The notes beneath the pieces are model-generated. The model was not told the origin of the DNA. It saw nothing but the letters and a program-made list of their open reading frames with translations, and made no database searches. A stretch of 64,000 bases of DNA from Vicugna vicugna (taxonomy: Eukaryota), in assembly GCA_013265495.1 (NCBI GenBank), contig MU058636.1:6731741-6795740 (forward strand), given 5' to 3'. Numbering within the stretch: position 1 is the first letter of the stretch; each line of letters begins with the position of its first letter. A program made the translations under genes and the position numbers. Below, piece after piece: positions 13,601-25,379 of the stretch.

Positions 13601-14679
13601 GGTCTTAGGATTGGTTGTTATAATAGGGGCCATATTACTTTATATTTGAACTTTTCTAACAATGATGTTATTTATAGTAGAGAATTACTTATTTAAGTGA
13701 TTAAGTAGGTAGGACTTATATTTTGAATTTCAGTTGTAGTGATGTAAACTGATTGTGAACTGTCTATCCGTTTTCTAAATATAGTGGTTTAAAATTGAGG
13801 AATATGTAAATTCAAGTTTTGAAGCCAGTGCCAAATCAAAGAAAGCCTGCAAGGGTTTAAGATGATTTTTCTTTAGCTAGATTTTGGATTTTGTAGCTAC
13901 ACCATTAGTATTTAAATCTCCAGGAATAACACTTTTTACTGCTTTTTCTTTTAACATGTATTTTAGCCTTTACTGGAAAACAAACGAACAAAAATGAACC
14001 ACAAAAAGAATAGATAAATGTTATTGAACTGAGTGAAATAGCTTGTGGCAACACATGCAGTAGTTTTAACGTGATTTGGTTTGAATGAGTAAATTAGGCC
14101 AGTAGGTAGATTTCATAGTGATTCCATCCTATTCCTAATGATTCTCAAGCACCATGATCACCTGGAGTAATTCTGCCAAGTGATCAAAGCTCTTTGGAGA
14201 TTTTGTTATTGCTTGGGGATTAATACTATTTTAAATTGGACTAGTCAGTCCCATTCTGTTCAGTGACCATTGAGAGCACTAACTATACAAATTGCCTTTC
14301 ACTATATATTTAATATTTATTCAATGAATAAAAAATGAATAAATGTTTACTAAATGATTTCTAGAAGTATAACTCTAATTTGAAATAATTCTATCTTTTA
14401 TATTTTGTGTCAAGGAATAACTCAGTAAATTAAAAATTTCATTTCCCTTTGATTTGGATGATCATATACATTTGACTGTAAATGAGTGTATGTTACTAAA
14501 CTCTATAGGTGATACAAAACAAAATGTTCCTTAGTGTTTGACTTAGGAAGAATTTGCTTTGAAGAAATAGTGTTTTCTAGCACAAGATATAAGTAGGCTT
14601 TTGTATATCAAATGATTAAAAATACACTAAGAGAGTAGTTTTCATTAGAGGCAGTATATGCAACAAGCAAGCCTTCTTT

Positions 14680-15110
14680 TGGTGTCAGACTAATGCTCAA
14701 ACTGGTATTCTGTTGTGTATCATCTGTTCTTAGGTGATGGGCTGTCTGAGGGTGTGTAGTAGTAGCACAAGGCATTTACTGAGTACTTACTGTGTGCCAG
14801 TAGCTGTTTGTAATTGCATTATCTCATTTAATCATGTTCTGCTAATGAGGGAGAGAAAAACAGTATCTTGCTCAGGGTCACAGAGATTTAAGTGGCAGGT
14901 AAGAACCAGGATTCTAATCCTGAAAGCCTGAATCCAGAGCTCTCATTCCGAACTACCATGAATAACTCTGTGAGTCACATTTGCAAGCTGTGGAATGATT
15001 TTAATAATGCCAACTTTATCTGATTGTAATATTAATTAAAATAAGGTCGTTTATATAAATTATCTGTCATAGCCTCTGGTATATAGTAGACATTTATTGA
15101 GTTTTCTTTA
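14680..15110. mobile_element. MIR remnants, two pieces in apparently opposite orientation
   Basis: catttactgagtacttactgtgtgccag...atctcatttaatc...ttgctcagggtcacag on the minus strand, between plus-strand MIR-like flanks. Confidence 0.6.
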
Positions 15111-17442
15111 TTTCCTCAGTAAATGTTAGGTAGTCTATTAATGTGATGCAATTTGGTATTCCTAAAATTTATTTTTAATGCTGTTCTAATTCTGATAAAT
15201 TTAAAAAACTAAACACCAGCCTCTGGTGATAATTTAAATTAATTCTTATAATTCTTAGAATAATGTTCTCTTTCTTTTCAAATTATGATACAGATTGTTT
15301 GATAGGCTGCTTGATGGAATATAAGCTATAAAATTTTTTTAAAATCCCATAAAGCATTTATGTCAATGATCCTATAGTTAAGAATTCTCTTGTAATATGA
15401 ATATTTATGACTCATTAATTTTAGTGGGCTAAATCCAGATATTTTTCTTAAAAACTGTCTTGCTAGTCAGAGTTATTCTTGTAATTATCTTGAATTTTAT
15501 AGCCCCCTTAGTAATTAAAATTTTCATTATAAAGTCCTGATTAGCACTATTGTCATATGTAAACCAACAAAATTACCTGGAAATTTCAGCATTTCAGTGT
15601 CTAACAATCTAAATTTCCCCTAACACTTCAAAGTGACATAAATATCCTTTGTCTAATTATGTTTCCTGATTTTTAGTTCAAGGGAAAGTGCCTATTATGC
15701 ATATAATGTCAAAATTTTGCTATATATTTTTAACCCAACTGACATAAAAGATGAAATGTGATTGCTTTCAGTAGGTGAGAGAAGTGAAATTAGTACTTAT
15801 TTGTAATGATTATCTCTCTTGTGGAGGTTGTTTGTGCGTGTAGAGTATCATTATTTTGGTTTCCGGAAGTATTTAAACATTTAAAAATATATGTCTATAG
15901 AATTGTATCTTTTTATTTTCTTTATATTTTTCAGAAAGTGTACATTTCTTCTTTACATGCATATTTGTTACTTTACCTTTTTATAAAGTTTACAAAGTTA
16001 GTAATGAAAATATTCTTTGAAGTGAAACAGACACAGAATGTGTATTTGACAATAATATACCACTACTACTATTAAAGGAGAAAAAAAGTAATAATTTATT
16101 TAGTGAGATTTAGTTAGAGTTAAGTGGAATTTATATTGAATTCACTGTGAAAATTTATTTGTAAGTAAAAATTAAAATTCAGTGTTCTGCCTGAAACATA
16201 CGGAAAATATAATGTAGTGTTCAAATAGCCTTCTCTTCTTTGTCAGGCAAGTCCTTTTTTTTTGTTTCAGATTTTCTACATAGACAATGATGCCATTTGT
16301 AACCAAAGACAGATTTATGTTTTCCTTCCCAATCTGTCTATGTCTTATTTCCTTTTCTTGTCTTACCACATAGCAGGGCTTGCAGTACGATGTTGAAAAG
16401 GAGTGGTGAGAGGGGACATCCTGCTTTGTATCTGATCTTAATGGGGAAACTTTGAGTTTTTCGTTGCTAAGTATGAAGTTAGGTGTAGTTTTTTTATGGG
16501 TAGTCTGTATCAAGTTGAGAAAGTTCCCCTTTATTCCTAGTTTCCTGAGAGTTTTTATCATGAATGGCTGTTCCAGTGTATCAAATGCTTTTTCTGCATC
16601 TGTTGATGTGAACATGTGATTTTTCTTTTTTAGCTTGTCGATGGGGTAGGTGATGCATTACATTAAATGATTTTTCAGAGCTTGAGCTGCATACTTTGGA
16701 TAAATTCCATTTGGTTGTGGTGTATAATTATTTTTATCTTTTCTGGATTCAATTTGCTAATATTTTGTTGAGGATTTTTGCATGTATGGTCATGGGAAAT
16801 ACTGGTCTGTAGTCTTCTTTACTTATTATGACTTTGTTTGGTTTTGGTATGCGTGATGCTGACCTCAGAATAAGCTAGAAAATAGTTCCTCTGCTTCTAT
16901 TCTCTGAAAGAGTTGCAGAGAATTGGTATAGTTTTTTTTTTCATAAGTGTTCAGTAGAATTCACCAGTGAACCCATCTAGGCCTGGTGCTTTCTGTTTTG
17001 GAAAATTTTAATTCCTGATTCAATTTATTTAATAGATATTGGTATATTTAAAATGTCTGTTTCTTCTTGTGTGACATTTGGCAGACTGTGTCTTTCAAAG
17101 AATGATTTTTTTTCATCTAGGTTTTCAAATCTGTGGGCATAGAATTGTTCATAGTATACTTTATTATTCTTTTAATTTCCATGGGATATGTAGTTAAGTC
17201 TCTTCTTTCATTACTTAATATTAGTATTTCATCTTGTTCATTTTTTTTGTTAGCCTGACCTAGAGGCTTATCAATTATATTAATATTTTTAAAGTACCAG
17301 CTTTTGTTTCTAACAGTTTTCTCTACTGATTACCTGTTTTCAGTTTTTTTGATTTGTACTCTTAATTCTTATTATTTCTTTTTCTGCTTCCTCTTTACTC
17401 TTAAATTTTCTCTCATTTTTCTAGTTTCCTAAGGTGGAAATT

Positions 17443-17540
17443 AATTAATTAATTAATCCATCCTTAACAGAGACACTAGGGATTGAACCAAGGACCTGGG
17501 GCACACCAAGCCCGCCCTCTGAGCTATACCCCTACCCTCT
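17443..17540 (-). mobile_element. tRNA-derived SINE (Vic-1-like) with perfect 14-bp target-site duplication
   Basis: gggattgaaccaaggacct...tgagctatacccc; flanked by CTAAGGTGGAAATT at 17429-17442 and 17541-17554. Confidence 0.88.
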
Positions 17541-17589
17541 CTAAGGTGGAAATTTAGATTATTGATTTTAAATTTTTTCTAATATGCAT

Positions 17590-18502
17590 TATAGAGGTCT
17601 GAGCACCCAATTTCAGTGTGTGAAGGTGTGGTTTCCCCTTACACCACCAAGAAATTCTCTGTGACACCAGCTGGGTATCCTATAATTTGACTTAATTCTG
17701 ACACTCAGATCTGACATAGCATCAGATTCTACAGGTTAAAAGCTCAGTCTCATAAGACTGGTCCTCCTCACTTTAGATACCAGTTGCAAGTCCAGGTTAT
17801 CACCTGCGCTTCTAACTGACTGCCTATAGAATGGGGGTTCCAGTAACCTCTTCCTTAGACTTGAGGTTCGAGTTGCAAGTCCAGGTTGTTACCTGTACTT
17901 GTGACTGACTGGCTATAAGAAGGGGGTTCCCACTACCCCCCTCTTTAGGTTCAGTTACTTTGCTGGAGTGGCTCATAGAGCATAGAGAAATATTTTACTT
18001 ACTGGATTTCTAGTTTATTGTAAAAGGATATGATAAAGGCCACAGTTGAACATCCAGATGGAAGAGATACATAAATCAAGTTATGGGGAGAGGGCAGGGA
18101 ACGTCCATGTTCTCTCCAGGTACACCACCTTTCTAGTGCCTCTATATATTCGCAGACCTAGAAGATCTCCCAACCATGTCTATTTTTTTTTCTTTTTTAA
18201 TTTTTATGGTGGCCTCATTACATGGGCATGGCTGATTAAATCATAGTCCACTGGTAACTGGACCCAATCTTCAGCCCTTCTCCCCTCCCTGGAGGTAGAT
18301 GTGCGGATAGGGGGGCTGGACTGAAAGTTTCAGCCCTGTAAGTATATGGTTAGCTGTTCCAAAAGTCACTTCATTAACATGGCAAAAGACTTTTATTGCT
18401 CTTGTCCCTTAGGAAATTTCAGGGGTTTTAGGATATCTGTGCCAGAAATGGGGACCAGGAGCAATTATGTATATTTCTTACTATAAATCACTATATATCA
18501 CA
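17590..18502. mobile_element. Solo LTR, MER21-like
   Basis: Recognised motifs gacaccagctgggtatcctataattt, gtccaggttgttacctgtactt, gtttattgtaaaaggata...ccagatggaagagat; ends ...aatcactatatatcaca; L1 sequence resumes on each side with a short CAT(T) duplication. Confidence 0.8.
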
Positions 18503-21500
18503 ACATTCAGTGCTATAAATTTCCCAGCAATTATTCCTTTCATTTTATTTCACACATTTTTATAAGGTGTGTTTTCATTTTCATTTCATTCAAAACATTT
18601 TAATATTTATTGAGAATTCTTCTGTGACCCATGTGTTATTTATCAGTACACTACTATACTTGTCCATCTCTGAGGGAGATACTGAAATCTCCAACTGTGA
18701 TAGTGATTTCACCTATTTCTCCTTAAATTTAGAGCAATTTTTACCTTACATAGTTTGATGCTCTGTTGTTAGGTATATACACTTTAGGAATTGTTATGTC
18801 ATCTTGGAAAATTGACTCCTTTATAATTATGTAATGCTGTTCTTAATCTATTGATGACTTTATATTTAAAGTGAGTTTCTTGACAATAGGTGGGTTGTGT
18901 TATTTGGTCCACTCTGCACTCTGAGAATTTCTGTCTTTGAATTGGTGCATTTAGACAGTGACATTCAAATTGATTATAAATATAATTGGATTAATATCTG
19001 CCTTTTTTTTCTTGTTTTCTGTTTATTGCCTTGCTCTTTGAGCATTTTATATAATTCCATTTTCTCTCTCTCGGCATAATCAGTTGTACTTTTCCCCCAG
19101 TTTTTAAGGTATTTTCACGGAGTTTCCAACTAATTCAAATCTACTATCAAGTAACACTATACACTTAAAGTAGTATGAGTACTTTATACTAGCAAAATAA
19201 TCCTAATTGGAGTATGCATATATTGTTGCCATCACCTATTTGTTCTTGTAACCTGTCTCTATTTTTCTTTGAAACTTTGAACTTCTTAGGTGTTGGGTCT
19301 TTACATTGCTAAAGTTCTCATGTGTGCATGGTTACTATAGTGGTACTGTCACTTGTAACATGTTCAAAAAGCCTTTGTAAAAAGATTTCGATATTTAGAG
19401 CATTGTAAGTGATTGTTGGCTGGGGCTAAATTACAAACTAGTAGCCTTTGAGAGATATTTCTCTTACAGTGGAGCCTTTTAATAAACATCTATTGGTTAT
19501 TTATAGAGAACCACGAACAGAGCTGATCAAAAGACTGGTTGTCAAAATATGTAAATACTGATAAATGCTATATTCCAAAACATAATGATGTTATAAAAGA
19601 TGTGGAATTAATTCCTTTACGTGTACAAATTTTAAAATTTCATTTCCTTCTTAAGACAGATTATGACACATTTCAGTCACAATTTTATAAATGTCTATTT
19701 TTTGGCTATAATATATTTTGTTAGAAATGAAATAGGCTGATAAAACATAAACTCTATTACCAGATAAAGGAAAGTATAAAAGTATAATAGCCTGACTAAA
19801 TTTTTATAGGGCCTTTAGAAAATGTCCTTAAGTAGCCATGACAGTGGTAGCAATTCAGTTATGAGTCCACCTGTCTCCTCATCAGGCTGAAAGAAAAGGT
19901 AGAAATTACTGAGGAGAGATTTTATGGCTAAGGGAGGCTTAGTAATTTCATGTGCTACCCAGTGTATTTCATCTGTCCTCACATTTTACTGTACTGCATT
20001 TCACTGTTTTCCTTATTTGACTCTGCAGATAAATGTATTTTACTTATTTCAGCATGTATCTCCACTTGATGTCGGAACTGATGAATGTGACAGTTTGTGT
20101 ATTAGGGTTTATTGCATAGGTAGGCAGTTAGGCAGTGGTGTTTTCAGATAGCATCTTCAGGAATACATTGTCTAAAAGTGACAGCTAAATGTACCCGCAG
20201 TTAGAAACTTTTGGTTTAGACCTTTCTAATTTTGAACTGTGAAGGAATTTAACTCTTCTAACTTATTGTGAGATTTTTTTGAATGTCACTGGAAATTAAT
20301 TAGGTTGAGAATGAAATTATCTTGAGTATGGACCTGAGTTGATTTCTTTTACAGTTTTATTACTGCTATGACCACTCTGATCTTGGAAGAGTTTGTAGTG
20401 AAAGAAAGAGCAAAGAAACTGTGGAATTAGATAGAATTATATCATTTTAGCAAGATTTCAGTGTTTCTCAATACTAAATTACTAAATTAAGTTACCTAAG
20501 AGTTGAAACCTTATGAAAAAGTCAGAAAAAATTCCCCCTTGACTGGTACTTAAAACCTTATTGGAATTTAATCTATTCCTTAATTTATTCTGACAATTAT
20601 TTTGCCTGTAATGTTTCTTGAGAGATTAAAAACACCCTTATATAAGAGAAGTTGTTGAATTTCAGGAGGAATCTTCGAGTTTTGCATTATTAATTCCATC
20701 CTTTTAAATATATTTAAACAGCCCATCTAGCTGAGGTAGTTTGTTTGTTTCAGTACAAAGCAAATTGAAAAGCCAGTTTCTGTACGCAAAGAGCTGCCTT
20801 TGAACTGAATGTAGGTTATATTTTCAATCTTAATCATTTCGGTTGTAACTTAGGTCTGTCTTTATGATATTTTCCACCTTTAAATAATAAAATACCTCAA
20901 AGATAATAAAACTTTTGGGATCACATTACATGAGTTATCTCCATTAGTTGTTTTTAAAAAATAAGTATTGGACAAATTGAAATGGATAAATTTATATTAC
21001 TATTAAGTCAAAATCTATATTTACATAAATTTTAATGGATCCTAAATTTTCTACTTATTTTTCCATTAGGAACAAAAATGAATCATGTTCATACACAGTT
21101 ATTAAATATTCTCAGGTATTTGTGGGCCAAGACTACTGTGGTAATTCTTAAATAATATGGACCAGAAAGCTCTGGAGAGATTATAAATATGCTAAGTCAT
21201 TAGAGGTAATATTATATTATTTCCTTCCTTAAGGTCTAGCCCTTTATTAGTATGATATTTGAAATAAATATAATTTCTTAATTTAATTGAAGCTTATTAA
21301 GAATTGGAAGATGGTAATTATTTTGAAGAAATAATCCTATAGATCATTAGTGTCATTTTCCTTAAAAGGAGACAGGATTAAAAACCCTTAACCATTCTTG
21401 AAGTAGAATTGCTACTTACAGAACATATGTTATAGTACTGTCTATTGAAAAGTTTAGCAATTTTACTAATGAGATAAAAATCAGTATACGTTTTGTCTTT

Positions 21501-24015
21501 TAAGTAGAATATTCTGGTGAAAATCCGTTTCTAGGTATTGCTATACTTTTCAAGAGAATGTTCTATGTTGTGTATACTAGTTTGGGCTGATACAGATACT
21601 TGCTTTTTAGTTTATCCTATATATTTAGATCCTCTGCAGATGAACTGATGTGTCTAGACAGGAAGTGGTATGTAGGAGATATAGGAATGGGCTGAAGTAT
21701 CCTTTATATTTGCCTTTGTATCTAGGGGAGTTGGAAATAGGCAAGAATGGAGAGAAATTTTGTATGGCAGTACACAGAATTTTGCAAGTTTATTGTGAGC
21801 CCTGCAGCAATCCGATGCATTTTAGTTACTGGTAAGTTTGTTAAATTATGTTTGAAAATGTACCTCTTCGAAGATGGCCATCTATTTACTATTAAGTCCA
21901 CCATGTCAAATATACCTATTTTTAAAGATTTTTTGAAAAGATGTAGTATTGCTATTGCATTGGGTTTAGGTATATATTAAAAATACTTTGTTAGTGATTT
22001 TTGTAGTTAAAATTGAAGTGAAATTAACATTATATGGATAGTCGTATGTTAATATTTTAGAACACTAAAATTAATATTTCTGATTGTGCAATGGAACTCC
22101 ACTGTGTTTAGAAATCTGAGTTAATTCATTAGATATTTGAGAAAGAGCAGTCCTTCTGACATAAAAGAATAAGAAAATCCACAGCATCTTTGTCATTTTG
22201 TATGGTTCTACACAGGAGGGTAATTTATTGTAAGAAAAATTTTCTTTTCATTTTTTTCATGGACTATAGGGACCATAGCATTTCTAGTCTTAATTTTGCG
22301 CAGTGCTGATGTTTAGGAGTTTTAGTCATCTTCCCCCCTAAATCACTACTCAGGTGTAGGTAAGAATTCCGTGAGCAGGTTAGGAAATTGTGTAATCTCT
22401 ATGCAGTAGTTTTCTTTATTCTTTTCAGACATTTAGGTGAAAGTATTATGTGTAATAGTGTTGAAGCAGTTATTTGCGGAGTGGCTTTGACTATTGACAT
22501 AATTCATGTAAAATGAACTAGATTGCTTAATAGCTGTTCTTACTTACAGAAACATTTAAAAAAAAATCCCAAGGCATTCCTTGGTAGCTGTGTTTTTCTT
22601 CTAAATGTCTATCTTTGACTTTGAGACAAAGTAAAAGATTATCATTGATTTGCGATACTAGTTTACTGGGGTTTATTTTGTGGTTCAAAGATATAGGGCC
22701 AGTTAATATAATTGAATTTTAGTTTCTTGTAATGAAGTACTTTATTTACAGATATATACTATATTTTTCTAGCTGATATCATGTAATCCATTAAGCTATC
22801 AGTTTTTATAATAATAAGGATGATGCTAATTTTCCTGTTGATTCTTTTAATGAGAATATTTCTGATTTGAACATGAATAGCTGCATTATCAGAGAAAAGT
22901 GTTGTCAATCCTATTGAAACCTGAAGAGCTAGAATGCTTTCGGAAAATAGAATAGTGTTAGATTCCTTTTAAGCCTTAATAATTTTCAGGTTTTTCTCAT
23001 TACCAGATTTTCTTAATTTCATATAGAGATGAGTGTGCATTTAAAATGTATTCAGAAGTTTATGTGAATGTAAATAGACAGTTTGGGGTACATTATAACG
23101 CAGAATAAATGGATATTATTTTAATTGTTGAAAAAGTCTGGCTTATCGTCACTTATTGTTACAAACTACAGTAAGCTTCTACAGCGAAGGACTATATATT
23201 TTCTTAATGAGGAATGCTGTCATGTATCAATTCTGCTGGTTGAAAATTGTTCTATGTGATTTTGTGAAGTAATATTTTCAAAGCTTAATGTAATGCAATC
23301 ATTTATTTTTCTTTTGTTTCTTCCTTTATTCAACAGACATATCAAGTACTTTATCTTTGGCACATATCTTTGCTTGCTTTTATGTGTTTGTGTATACATT
23401 GTGTAATTAATTGCCACTTTTTATTTCAGTATTACATAAATCATCTTATTTTCTTCGCTCTCATGAACTTTTCTGAGGGCATATATGAACATAAGTAACA
23501 TGTTGCATATTTCTCTGGATATTTAAAAATATATGTTGTTTTTAAAACATAGGTCTAAATGAAAAGTTTATTTAAAAAATAGATGTATTCTTCCAAAGCA
23601 ATATTTAAATATGTGTACATATTTAAAATTTTCTGAGATACCGTGTTCTTCAAAAGAATGTTATGATAATATTTATTGTGGAGAGGTACAATATTTGTGG
23701 GTATGTTTCTTATGTTAGGTTTACTTGAAGTAGGGAATATGTATGCAGAGGTAAACTTTGATGTTTTACCTTGTAATATTAAAAAAAACTCTACAGTTAC
23801 GTTTCTATATAATGTGTAATTTTAACAAGATAAAACTATTTTTCTCCTGCTTGTGAGAAAATCCTTTCTTGCATAATAAGTCATGATAGCAAAATAGCAT
23901 TTAGATTTGAGTATGGTTGTTACGTTTTGGGATAATAAAATACTGAAGTGAAACACTATGTTTATGATCAATATTTGATGATTACATAATGGAATTATCT
24001 GTACTTTACATGCAG

Positions 24016-24124
24016 TGCTACTCTTTTGGCATTCCTGGTTGAACTACTTAAAAGTTCAGTAGCCATGCAAGAACAGATGCTGGGTGGAAAAGGCTTTTTA
24101 GTCATTGGCTACTTACTTGAAAAG
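24016..24124 (+). CDS. NBEA: NBEA coding exon (109 nt): (C)ATLLAFLVELLKSSVAMQEQMLGGKGFLVIGYLLEK
   Basis: tgcag|TGCTAC acceptor and GAAAAG|gtaagt donor; phase 2 start completes a TG|T codon. Confidence 0.97.
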
Positions 24125-25379
24125 GTAAGTGATATGTATTGATGATTTTTCGTGTAGCCTTCACAGATAGACATCTGACAATTACTAATTATATTTTTTT
24201 CTATAGTTTCCCTTTCCATTGACTGTGTGGAGGCCACGTTGTTGGTTAATGCACAGATATTTTTGTATTATGCACTTGGACTATGTGTAGACATTGAACT
24301 ATATTGAGTGTTTGAAATCTGTATAATTAAGAAATGTTGAGTAAAAACAGAAAGTAAAGAAAAATTATTTTATTTATTTTTTTCAAAGTTGTATTTTCTC
24401 TTCTTTTTTCTAATTGTTTCTTTACTATCTTTATACTTAAACTAAGTTTCTTCCAAATTTTATGAATTTTAGTTTAAATGGATTTAATTTGTTTTAGCTT
24501 TATTTTTTCAGTTAATACGTAAAAGAATCTGAATTTGTAGCAACAGAAACATTTTTTGCTTTGTATCTGATTTTGATATATTTGAATATTTAAAATGGCT
24601 TTTTTTCAAGTCAATACATAGTGTAAACAATACACATTAGATCACTTGAATTTTTCCCATGTTGTGTCATTTATGCCCTGTTATTTTAATGACCTTCTTT
24701 GCTTTAGTCTCAACTATATACCATTATGGTAATGAGTGCTGAATTTCTGATGATGGTATTATTGAGAGTTTGGTTGTATCATGTAATTTCCTTCAAAAAT
24801 TAAAGTGAGATTGCATAAATAAAAGTGTTTTTTTCCTAAAGAAAGATCTATCACGATCATTAGTGCTCCCAAACCTCTTCTTACCAGTTAGCTCTTTTAA
24901 CATTCAGCTGCTCTGTAAATGGAACTATTTGACAAATAATAGAAGTCCCTGAGACCTCAACTAAGAGGAGTAAACTTATTTTTGGGAAATAAAATTTAGA
25001 GGGCTTTTGGAGATAATTTTCCCCTCAGATTGTTCTACATTTGAAATTCCTCTAACTCGTCTTCTCTTGAAACAAGTACTTTTCTTTCTTGAAGGATTGG
25101 TGATTGAGGAGTGGTAGATTATTAAGTAGATCAATGATAGGCAGCATTTCTTAACTGAGGTATTTTCTCAGCAACATTACTAAGATTTTCATTAAGGCAA
25201 TCTGGTTTATTTTTTTTTAATCATGAAAAACTTTTCCTATTATATCTGGAATATTAAGAATTAGTTAGAAGAGTTATGTTAAATTATATTTTACGTGAAT
25301 TAGGTATTATGAAATACCTTTGTAAAGCTGCTGTGCATGACAAGATAGCTATCCAGAACTACCTCCTGAATGTACTTTT

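Larger units (their letters stand above)
16240..19260 (-). mobile_element. Degenerate LINE-1 ORF2 region, interrupted by a SINE and an LTR
   Basis: ORF 16172..16615 translates to DAEKAFDTLEQPFMIKTLRKLGIKGNFLNLI (L1 reverse transcriptase); L1-like sequence continues on both sides of the insertions. Confidence 0.9.
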
